64,000 nt of DNA, from the IMG/VR virus record IMGVR_UViG_3300036766_002181, positions 1-64,000 of that record. One strand, given 5' to 3'. Every line of letters begins with the position of its first letter. Within the stretch, counting starts at the first letter, position 1. Positions 1 through 7,054 of the stretch are shown here, piece after piece. A program made the position numbers and the translations under genes. The notes beneath the pieces were generated by a model. That model was given only the letters and a program-made list of their open reading frames with translations, searched no databases and had not been told where the DNA came from.

Positions 1-453
1 GTTGTCATTGGAACAAACGGGGGAGATGCCTATGCCTGTTTAGAAATGATGGATGCAATAAAAAGCTGTTCGGTGAAGGTTGCTACCATTGTTGAAGGCA
101 AGGCTTTTTCTGCTGGTGCCTTTTTGTTTTCCTGTGGAGCAGAGGGCCACAGATATATGGCCCCAAATGCAACTCTAATGATTCACCCACTTTCCATGGA
201 AAGTTTTGGATCAATTGGGGCTGTTAAAACCTCTACAGAAGAAGGCGACAGACTTAATGAAAAATTATTTAAGATGTTATCAAAGAATTGCAATAAACCA
301 GAAAGCTACTTTTTTGACAAATTAAAGTCAGACTATTTTAGTGCCGAATGGTACCTGGATCCAAAAGAGGCCGTTCGACACAATCTGACAAATCATATGA
401 AGGTACCCTTCTTTACAGTTGACGTTGGCATGACCTACAAATTTGGTCTATAA
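1..453 (+). CDS. clpP: ClpP-like serine protease, 5' end truncated by the window
   Basis: Frame is open from base 1 (VVIGTNGGDAYACLEMMDAI). ClpP motifs: GG loop, AFSAG (catalytic Ser), RYMAPNATLMIH (catalytic His), WYLDPKEA. Confidence 0.9.
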   Translation, partial: VVIGTNGGDAYACLEMMDAIKSCSVKVATIVEGKAFSAGAFLFSCGAEGHRYMAPNATLMIHPLSMESFGSIGAVKTSTEEGDRLNEKLFKMLSKNCNKPESYFFDKLKSDYFSAEWYLDPKEAVRHNLTNHMKVPFFTVDVGMTYKFGL

Positions 454-463
454 TCACAGGGGC

Positions 464-492
464 TTGACTATTTGAGCAATATCTGATATGAT
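464..492 (+). promoter_or_regulatory. sigma70-type promoter with extended -10
   Basis: TTGACT-N17-TATGAT with TGn before the -10; start codon GTG at 502 follows 9 nt after the -10. Confidence 0.75.
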
Positions 493-501
493 ACAATCAT
501 T

Positions 502-1275
502 GTGAACGACAACAGACCCTATCGGCAGGTTATTGTAGTGGGAGACACTCACGGGTGCTTGGTCGAGCTAAAGGAATTGCTTTATAGGGCAGAATACCGT
601 CCTGATGCTGATTTGGCAATCCTTGTTGGGGATATGACCGACCGTGGCCCGGATCCGGTCGGCATTATGCGATTTGCTCGTGAGAATAATATTAAGTCCG
701 TTCTTGGAAATCACGACAACAAGTACGTGAGATTCCGTAAGCATGAATTTAAGCGAATTGAATCTTCGGATGGGAAGTATAAGAATCCCATGAAGATGAG
801 CGAAAATAAAATGGCTGCCTATTTGCAAATGAATGAAGAAGATCACGTCTGGCTTGCCTCGCTGCCGAGTCGAATTCATCTTGAGGCCATCAATACCCTT
901 GTTGTGCATGCCGGAATTATTCCGAATAGGGATCCCTTTGACCAGGCAGACAACGTTTATCAATATTGCCGATATGTTTCCATGTCAGACAATTCCAAGC
1001 TTGTAAACTTGGGCCCCATGCTCGATCAACCAAAGAACAGTTGCTTTTGGGCAGACCGTTACGAGGGAGCCACGAATATTGTTTATGGCCACAATGTTCA
1101 TGGCATGGAAAATCCATATGTCAGAACCAATAGCCTTGGTGCCAAGACCTTTGGGATTGATACGGGATGTTGTTTTGGTGGACGTTTAACGGGAATTGTT
1201 TTCAAGGACTATCCCAACAGCGACAGACACGAATTTGTTCAGGTTCAGGCAGCCAGAGTCTATTATGGGCGGTGA
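502..1275 (+). CDS. PPP-family metallophosphoesterase (Ser/Thr phosphatase, PrpE or ApaH-like)
   Basis: Motifs GDTHG, GDMTDRGPD, GNHD, HAG, YGH, IDTGCCFGG. Confidence 0.9.
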   Translation: MNDNRPYRQVIVVGDTHGCLVELKELLYRAEYRPDADLAILVGDMTDRGPDPVGIMRFARENNIKSVLGNHDNKYVRFRKHEFKRIESSDGKYKNPMKMSENKMAAYLQMNEEDHVWLASLPSRIHLEAINTLVVHAGIIPNRDPFDQADNVYQYCRYVSMSDNSKLVNLGPMLDQPKNSCFWADRYEGATNIVYGHNVHGMENPYVRTNSLGAKTFGIDTGCCFGGRLTGIVFKDYPNSDRHEFVQVQAARVYYGR

Positions 1276-1823
1276 ACTATTTTCCCGTCAACCAATTCTG
1301 CGTCATTAAATACTTCATCAAAAAACGGAATAACAAATTTGTGTCCGTGATATTCGCTATAGAAGTCCTCTATATTCTTAACATTTGGTAGAACCACCCT
1401 AGAAGTGGCAATTGGTGCCCTGCCATTAAGAGTTATGAAACTGGCCAGCATGCCAGATCTGCTTCCTTCTACCTTCTTCACATAGATCACCGCCTCTTGC
1501 TCATACCCTTTTCCAAGGGCCAGCAAATCCCTTGCCCTAACATTTGGTACAACAAAGGGATGCTCTATATTTCCATAGCGTCCTGTAATTTGATAAAACC
1601 CATAACCCAATTCACGTAGATCCCTAGAGAGCTTAAGATTTCTGGTTCTGTTTTCTTTTGGTGATAATTCTTTGGCATTTGGATTTTCTGCTGTTAAAAT
1701 ACCAACGGAATTAATCTTTGGTTCCATACCGGCGAGGGAACGAATAAGCCTGGAATAACCACTTTCTTTTAATAGATAAGTTTTAATCTCATGCTCTACA
1801 AGAATTTTTAATGTATTTTGCAT
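1263..1823 (-). CDS. DUF3293-like protein
   Basis: ILTAENP...ENRTRNLKL...L...G...G.YG..E pattern typical of DUF3293; ATG at 1823 preferred over the TTG at 1835. Confidence 0.6.
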   Translation of the reverse strand: MQNTLKILVEHEIKTYLLKESGYSRLIRSLAGMEPKINSVGILTAENPNAKELSPKENRTRNLKLSRDLRELGYGFYQITGRYGNIEHPFVVPNVRARDLLALGKGYEQEAVIYVKKVEGSRSGMLASFITLNGRAPIATSRVVLPNVKNIEDFYSEYHGHKFVIPFFDEVFNDAELVDGKIVHRP

Positions 1824-1833
1824 TAATTGCGGC

Positions 1834-1847
1834 AATATTTAAATATT
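1834..1847. promoter_or_regulatory. Perfect 14-bp palindrome AATATTTAAATATT between divergent genes
   Basis: Self-complementary; gives the ATATTTA motif on both strands, directly before ATG 1848 (+) and 10 nt before ATG 1823 (-). Confidence 0.55.
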
Positions 1848-2363
1848 ATGATCAAAAGAAGACAGCCGAACAACGATTCTTTAATAGGCAATTTGGTTAA
1901 AATAAAACATAATAATGACAAAAAAGGAATGGATATTGTTATGACCGTGTTTAATGCCCTACCCAATATAAAAGACAAATGGGACAAGGAAGAGGCAGAA
2001 AGGGAAATATCCTCAGAAGAGATTACAAGCGGGATAGCAAGGGATCTTGCCACAATTGTTTATTTTTCAGCAATGCCAATTGATTTAATTAAAGAAGAAG
2101 ACCTGTTTTTTAATGATTTTTCTCGTGGACTAAGTTCAGAAGAATTAGAAAGATTTGAAAATATAAAAAAAGAATCCTATGCCATGATTGTCGGCGGCCC
2201 GATCAAAAAGATTTTACCATTTTTAAATTGGGAAACCGTTTTAAATTCTCTAGAGCAGCAACAACAAGAGAATAATGGGCCTGTTGTTTTTTATAAATTG
2301 CTTTTAAACAATAGGCTATATTGGGTTTGTGATACCTGTTTAATCTTCGATAATTTGAAATAG
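1848..2363 (+). CDS. Hypothetical protein
   Basis: Open frame with genome-like codon usage; ATG at 1848 directly after the palindrome. Confidence 0.7.
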   Translation: MIKRRQPNNDSLIGNLVKIKHNNDKKGMDIVMTVFNALPNIKDKWDKEEAEREISSEEITSGIARDLATIVYFSAMPIDLIKEEDLFFNDFSRGLSSEELERFENIKKESYAMIVGGPIKKILPFLNWETVLNSLEQQQQENNGPVVFYKLLLNNRLYWVCDTCLIFDNLK

Positions 2364-2837
2364 TTTAATTCCTGTAGAGGATGCAACCAAAAATGGCTCC
2401 CTATCCTCGTGAGCCTTAAGAAAGTAAATTTTCTTAATGCCGGAATTGGCAATAATCTTAAAACAATTCCAACATGGAGAAACCGTAACAAACATTTCTG
2501 CCTTATTGATGCTGGTTCCATTTCTTGCTGCCTGGGCAATGGCATTTTGTTCAGCATGCACGTCCCTGGAATAGGAAGAATTCTTACTCAGTTTATGACC
2601 ATGGGTGTTGCAATGAGGAAGACCTGAAATTGCTCCATTGTATCCTGTAGAAAGAATTGTTTTGTCTCTTACAATGACAGCACCCACTTGAAGCTTAGAG
2701 CAGGTAGATCTGGTAGAAATGACCCTTGCCAGATTCATGAAGTATTTTTCCCAAGAAATTCTCATTGGTGCAGGTGGTGGTGGTGGTGGTGGTGGTTGCT
2801 GCTGTTGAGCCCTTTTCTTTATTTTTGACACATTCAT
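2340..2837 (-). CDS. comEB: dCMP deaminase (ComEB-like); core probably starts at Met 2765
   Basis: SWEKYF, STCSKLQVGAVIV, GYNG, HAEQNAI, SPCWNC zinc-deaminase motifs. Confidence 0.92.
   Translation of the reverse strand: MNVSKIKKRAQQQQPPPPPPPPAPMRISWEKYFMNLARVISTRSTCSKLQVGAVIVRDKTILSTGYNGAISGLPHCNTHGHKLSKNSSYSRDVHAEQNAIAQAARNGTSINKAEMFVTVSPCWNCFKIIANSGIKKIYFLKAHEDREPFLVASSTGIKLFQIIED
2773..2796. repeat. (GGT)8 trinucleotide tract encoding poly-Pro, next to a CAG-rich poly-Gln stretch
   Basis: Eight perfect GGT units; reads QQQQPPPPPPPPAP on the minus strand. Confidence 0.95.
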
Positions 2838-2869
2838 ATATTAATATGGGTAAAATATAAAATAAACTG

Positions 2870-2877
2870 ATATTTAT
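2870..2877 (+). promoter_or_regulatory. Putative late-promoter motif ATATTTAT
   Basis: GATATTTATATG directly before ATG 2882; the same 12-mer precedes the terminase gene. Confidence 0.5.
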
Positions 2878-2881
2878 ATGC

Positions 2882-3424
2882 ATGGCAATAAAAACAAGAA
2901 TCACATCAAAGGGCATAATTCAAGAACATACTTCTGATATTTTATCAGAATTTGATATTGAGGTTAACCAAAAAGAGGGGCAGGCTCTTAGGCGCAGAAC
3001 CCTAGTCATAAGTCATGAAGATTTAACTGCCGATGACACCACCCAAACATTTTCGATGGGCGCGGCGTTCCCGGCGGGGGCGGTGGTTCAAGTCCTCGAT
3101 GTCGATGTAACGGCGGAGATTGTCGGGCTTACTAACCCGCACGTGAGGCTGGGAGTGCTGGGACAGCCGGGCGGCCCTGGCGAGTTTCTTGACTATGTGT
3201 TGGTCACTGACGGCGGCGTATTAGTCCAGCGAAAATCAATGCCGTACGACATTTCCGGGGATCCTCCAGGCAGCTCGAATAATGCTCTTCACGGCAGCAT
3301 CAGCGGCAGAGAGCCGACTGGCACCATCTCCGCCGACAACAACGTCAACAACGCCAGCGCCGGCAGCGTGACGGTGAACATCGTCTACATGCTTGCGGAT
3401 GATGTAACTCAAGACAATGGTTAA
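2882..3424 (+). CDS. Putative virion decoration protein with a GC-rich C-terminal beta-sandwich-like domain
   Basis: N-terminus MAIKTRITSKGII resembles that of 8232..9845; C-terminal FPAGAVV...V.V...VRLGV...GSVTVNIVY pattern resembles capsid cement/decoration folds (by eye). Confidence 0.5.
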   Translation: MAIKTRITSKGIIQEHTSDILSEFDIEVNQKEGQALRRRTLVISHEDLTADDTTQTFSMGAAFPAGAVVQVLDVDVTAEIVGLTNPHVRLGVLGQPGGPGEFLDYVLVTDGGVLVQRKSMPYDISGDPPGSSNNALHGSISGREPTGTISADNNVNNASAGSVTVNIVYMLADDVTQDNG

Positions 3425-3637
3425 TTGTCTTCTATCTCTTTAAAAAATCTATCTAAATTGGCTTCAATATAGCTGTCTATATCAAACGTAGACATGCGGC
3501 GGGGATGTATGGCCATCCCCCCGATAAGATCTCTTTTTGGTTTGGTTCAAACCAAGGTATATACAAATGCTTCCATATGGGCGCATTACACCGTTTTTAT
3601 CAATAGAAATATATAAGTTTCCAGGAACCAATGTCAT
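3421..3637 (-). pseudogene. Frameshifted small L-x-P-G-x-L-Y family gene (not in the ORF track)
   Basis: ATG 3637 gives MTLVPGNLYISIDK...GSICIYLG, which stops at 3482; the +1 frame continues GMAIHPRRMSTFDIDSYIEANLDRFFKEIEDN*, matching the C-terminus of neighbour 3634..3879. Removing one base from the G6 run (3517-3522) restores a 71-aa ORF. Confidence 0.8.
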
Positions 3638-3879
3638 GGTATTTCCTTAAAGGAAAGATTTAGATTATGTGCAGTATAGCTATCTGTTACAAACTCGGAT
3701 ACATACATTGTCTCAACAACAAGCATCCCATGCACAATTCTGTCATGACGTTGATCTTTATAAATTCCAAGATATAGACAAATGCAGCCCTTTGGTCTAT
3801 TAACATAATATCCAAACCTATCAATGGCAACATAGAGATTTCCAGGGATTAATTTTAAATCATTATTATTCATCGCCAT
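3634..3879 (-). CDS. Small hypothetical protein, L-x-P-G-x-L-Y family
   Basis: LKLIPGNLYVAID...GCICLYLG; overlaps both neighbours. Confidence 0.8.
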   Translation of the reverse strand: MAMNNNDLKLIPGNLYVAIDRFGYYVNRPKGCICLYLGIYKDQRHDRIVHGMLVVETMYVSEFVTDSYTAHNLNLSFKEIP

Positions 3880-4129
3880 TTATCTCCTTAAAGTATTTAT
3901 CAAGGTTTTTATTTGTTTGGCTGTTTTCAGCAAACTCAGAGATTTTCTGGGATTGGACAAGTAGCATTCTGTGAACAGATCCCTCGTGAAAGGTTAATTC
4001 AATTGGATTATTGAATAATCCAATATACATACAAACCGTTCCCGGAGATCTTCGAAGCATATAACCATGCCCCGCAAGACCGGGATTGGTGGCAGCATAT
4101 AATTTTCCTGGAATGAGTCTTTTAATCAT
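3866..4129 (-). CDS. Small hypothetical protein, L-x-P-G-x-L-Y family
   Basis: KRLIPGKLYAA...GTVCMYIG...NLDKYFKEI; paralog of the adjacent genes. Confidence 0.8.
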   Translation of the reverse strand: MIKRLIPGKLYAATNPGLAGHGYMLRRSPGTVCMYIGLFNNPIELTFHEGSVHRMLLVQSQKISEFAENSQTNKNLDKYFKEINGDE

Positions 4130-4371
4130 AACACTTTACTGTAAAATTTAGGAATATCCATTGGCGAAACAACCTTACGAAATGATCTGCCCTTGCAACA
4201 GTCATAAAAAACATATACATGCACAAGGTTGTTGAAATTACTAGGGCCTTTCAAAAGGCAAACTATAGTATTTGCGTTAATGCTTATGGTTTTGCCGTCC
4301 ATAGACCAACCATATAACAAATAATGAGTTCGATATAGATCGCCCTTAACAAGGGCCACTGTGTTTGTCAT
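4126..4371 (-). CDS. Small hypothetical protein, L-x-P-G-x-L-Y-like
   Basis: VALVKGDLYRT; 4-nt overlaps with both neighbours. Confidence 0.7.
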   Translation of the reverse strand: MTNTVALVKGDLYRTHYLLYGWSMDGKTISINANTIVCLLKGPSNFNNLVHVYVFYDCCKGRSFRKVVSPMDIPKFYSKVL

Positions 4372-4646
4372 AGTGAAATTATCTTGGCATTGTCAATAAG
4401 ATTTTGTTCTAACCAAGAACCTCTTACAACATAGTATATTTCTTTTTTGCCAATCAAATAAATCTTCCAACAACCATTGTGTTCGGTTGAATCAAACTCC
4501 TTGCCCAAAACAATAAAGGGTTCCTGGTTTCTAAACTTGTATCCTGCCGCCTCAGAATCCACAATTGTATAAATCTCACCAAGCTTAAACTTTATGGGAT
4601 TTGGTTGACTTGCGGGGCCTGTTTCAGGACGAAGAACCAAGGCCAT
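4368..4646 (-). CDS. Small hypothetical protein, related to the same family
   Basis: FKLGEIYTIV...FIVLG; coupled overlap with the downstream gene. Confidence 0.7.
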   Translation of the reverse strand: MALVLRPETGPASQPNPIKFKLGEIYTIVDSEAAGYKFRNQEPFIVLGKEFDSTEHNGCWKIYLIGKKEIYYVVRGSWLEQNLIDNAKIISL

Positions 4647-5664
4647 ATCCCCGTTCCCTTACAATTGCCTTAACCTGTTCAAGATACTCCTCATGAAATG
4701 CCCAGGTCTTTGTTGCAGGATTATAACGACGACCAGAATTGTCGGTAAGATTCTTAAACCTGTTAATCATGCCATACATCGCAGCATCAGGAGCATACCA
4801 GGGACAAAAAACCGTAAACCAGCTTCCAGCACGGGCCCCATAGACAGGAGCCTTGCTTTCAAGCGGCACAGTAAAGGTGGCAATTGGTTCACGACAAGAG
4901 AGAAGACGTTCAGGAGGAGGAGGAGCAGAGGCGGCAACATTGTCTGATAGTCCCTTTGTACGAGCCTCTTCTGCAATGGCCTCTATGTCTCCATCAATGA
5001 AGGGCCAGTAGCGCAAGGCAATCTCAATGAATCTGTCAGCATGCACAACCGAGGCCCTACAGGGCGTCCTGTCGCCACGATACCGGGGAGTGATGATGCC
5101 AGGAATGCTACGACGAAAGGCCCGCCAGCCATCCTTGGAGGACTTGCCAGACAAAACAATGTCGTTTCCTTCAATGGTCAATACGGCAGGAGTCATGCAA
5201 ACATCGCCCTTAAGAACACCGGCAAGGGCAGCATAACCAATGGCTTCGATAATATCGATTGCACGATTCCTAACAATCGTGGAGCAAGGAAAGGAAAGGG
5301 CACGATCAAACCAATCGGCAACAAAGCGCCAATCTCCACCACTAACCATGACACGAGTAATATCAGGATTCCGAGTCTGGGTTCGGGCAAGCTGGTGAAG
5401 AAACTTGATCTTAAGCCCCTCCTCAAATTCTGAGGCAACCTCAGAATGAAAATCTTGTTCAGGATCAAAAGACAAAAGCAGGGCAGCAGCCTTGGTCAGA
5501 TTGGCAGGCATCTGCCGAGCAAAGATTGCATTGTCCTTATGCCTGCAAACTGGACCCACCCCGTTCTCCCTAGAGGCAGCATCCGTCAATTCCTTACGAC
5601 AACGAGAACAGGCCCGGTAAACACTATCAGAAAACCGTCCAGCGGTGTTTTGATGAAAAGTCAT
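4624..5664 (-). CDS. DUF6011-like zinc finger plus C-terminal HARP-like domain protein
   Basis: N-terminal CSRCRKELTDAASRENGVGPVC; C-terminal PWY...INRFKNL...RRYNPATKTWAF resembles HARP domains. Confidence 0.65.
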   Translation of the reverse strand: MTFHQNTAGRFSDSVYRACSRCRKELTDAASRENGVGPVCRHKDNAIFARQMPANLTKAAALLLSFDPEQDFHSEVASEFEEGLKIKFLHQLARTQTRNPDITRVMVSGGDWRFVADWFDRALSFPCSTIVRNRAIDIIEAIGYAALAGVLKGDVCMTPAVLTIEGNDIVLSGKSSKDGWRAFRRSIPGIITPRYRGDRTPCRASVVHADRFIEIALRYWPFIDGDIEAIAEEARTKGLSDNVAASAPPPPERLLSCREPIATFTVPLESKAPVYGARAGSWFTVFCPWYAPDAAMYGMINRFKNLTDNSGRRYNPATKTWAFHEEYLEQVKAIVRERGYGLGSSS

Positions 5665-5668
5665 TATT

Positions 5669-5833
5669 TTAACCTCGGATCAAATAAGCAAGGGTCATAG
5701 AGAAGGCTGCCAGGCCAAGCTATGGGTTGCAAAGGCCGGCAGCAATACCAACGCCAGTGCCAATCGGCAGGGCAATGACAAGTCCAATCATGTCGTCCGG
5801 CAGAATCAGCTTTTTGCGGCTTTGAGTTGCCAT
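5669..5833 (-). pseudogene. 54-codon small membrane protein gene with an in-frame TAG (not in the ORF track)
   Basis: SD-like AGAGGG, ATG 5833, MATQSRKKLILPDDMIGLVIALPIGTGVGIAAGLCNP*LGLAAFSMTLAYLIRG*; TAG at 5720-5722; the final TAA lies 4 nt before the next gene's ATG. Confidence 0.6.
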
Positions 5834-5857
5834 GCATCCCTCTTCTTTCTGTCTCTC

Positions 5858-5885
5858 ATTATAGCAAATTCATTTGATTTGGCAA
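5858..5885 (-). promoter_or_regulatory. sigma70-type promoter with extended -10
   Basis: TTGCCA-N16-TATAAT with TGC before the -10, upstream of the 5833 to 3421 operon. Confidence 0.7.
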
Positions 5886-5936
5886 GATAAATCAGACCAT
5901 TTTATGCAAATAAATCTGGAAAGTCTGGAGAGACTT

Positions 5937-6347
5937 TTAAGGCCAATTTTTACCAGACAAACTGTCAGGACAGCCCTCTTCTTTCTCTTCCAACAACTCC
6001 CGAATTTTCTTATATTCCGCAGCATGGTGTTTTTCCCAGGTTCCCTGAAAGGCAAAGGATCTCCGAAGTGTAAGGGGCTTAAAAACGCCAGAAAGCCTGA
6101 CTCTTGCATCCTTGCAAGGAAAAACTGTAAGCTTTTGTAGGCATGGCCTCTTGTCAAGCCCATGAAACCGGGTCATGCCCTCTGTCTGTCCCAACCAGTC
6201 ACAGGGCTCAAGGGACAGCATGACAAGCATGGTACCAAAGGGAATATGCTCCATTTTGGAAAAGTCATCATTTCGGCCGGGAGGCGTATCAAGGATAACC
6301 CCTTGCCTTTTGGCCACAAACAAAAGTGTTCCAGGTACGTTTAACAT
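5937..6347 (-). CDS. Hypothetical protein
   Basis: 136-aa ORF directly downstream of a consensus promoter; VPGTLLFV start resembles the small PG family. Confidence 0.6.
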   Translation of the reverse strand: MLNVPGTLLFVAKRQGVILDTPPGRNDDFSKMEHIPFGTMLVMLSLEPCDWLGQTEGMTRFHGLDKRPCLQKLTVFPCKDARVRLSGVFKPLTLRRSFAFQGTWEKHHAAEYKKIRELLEEKEEGCPDSLSGKNWP

Positions 6348-6354
6348 GGCAAAG

Positions 6355-6383
6355 AATATAGCATATTCAAATTACTAAGTCAA
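6355..6383 (-). promoter_or_regulatory. sigma70-type promoter, predicted leaderless transcript
   Basis: TTGACT-N17-TATATT with TGC extension; ATG 6347 is 7 nt after the -10. Confidence 0.75.
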
Positions 6384-6513
6384 CAACAAGAAAAATAATA
6401 AAATATAATCGATTTAAGGCTTGACAAGACAAGTCCGTGTCAGGCTACCATTGGCCTGATTGGCTTGGCTCAGAATGGCGCACAGAGGCCGTAACAATGA
6501 AATTTATGAAGAC

Positions 6514-7053
6514 CTAGTGCCTTGTCTTTCGGCGGGTGTTCATTACCCAATCAAACCAGGGAAAGGAAACACACCAATTTTGATTTTGATTTCTTAGACA
6601 ATGATGCTCATAATGCCAGGGCATGAGAAATCCAAACTTATCATTGTTTGCATGGGACAGGGCATGGGCAATATAATAATACCAGGCAATCAGGAGATAG
6701 GCAATTCCAAGATACTTTGAGAAAAACAAGTAGGTAGGCAAGGCAATCAATAGATTTGAACCAAAGACAAGCCATAGCTCTTTTTTGATCATTCTGGAAA
6801 ACCTGCCGGATTTAAGCAATTGTTCATACTCAACATCTACATTGTCTCTTTTGTTTTCCTCTCTTTCTCGGCATCTCTTGTGATGCTCCCAGTGATAGTG
6901 AAAGAAGCTACCTTTTTTTGTGCCCAGCCTATGAAGAACATACTTGTGAAAGAACCATTCAGAGATATTTTGAGAAACAAGGGCAACAACCAATGCCCCC
7001 GAGAACATAATGATTTTATACAAGATCATTAAAGATATAATAAGCAAAGACAT
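6514..7053 (-). CDS. Fatty acid hydroxylase/sterol desaturase superfamily membrane di-iron enzyme
   Basis: His boxes HKYVLH, HWEHH, HALSH, HYEHH, terminal NWCVSFPWFDWVMNT, and hydrophobic segments. Confidence 0.85.
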   Translation of the reverse strand: MSLLIISLMILYKIIMFSGALVVALVSQNISEWFFHKYVLHRLGTKKGSFFHYHWEHHKRCREREENKRDNVDVEYEQLLKSGRFSRMIKKELWLVFGSNLLIALPTYLFFSKYLGIAYLLIAWYYYIAHALSHANNDKFGFLMPWHYEHHCLRNQNQNWCVSFPWFDWVMNTRRKTRH

Positions 7054-7054
7054 T

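Noticed and set aside
568-963. 131-aa minus-strand ORF
   Set aside because: Antisense shadow of the well-supported phosphoesterase; no motifs.
3501-3520. GGGGATG-N6-CATCCCC hairpin as an intrinsic terminator
   Set aside because: No adjacent U-tract on either strand, and it lies inside the frameshifted gene 3421..3637; kept only as context for that finding.
4693-6378. Several overlapping plus-strand ORFs (65-130 aa)
   Set aside because: Shadows caused by the locally higher GC; promoters and motifs support the minus-strand genes.
6421-6480. TTGACA plus short alternative stems (TCAGGC/GCCTGA, CCATT/AATGG) as a plus-strand promoter or small RNA
   Set aside because: The best -10 (TACCAT) has a 19-nt spacer, no plus-strand gene follows, and the stems are too short to support an ncRNA call.
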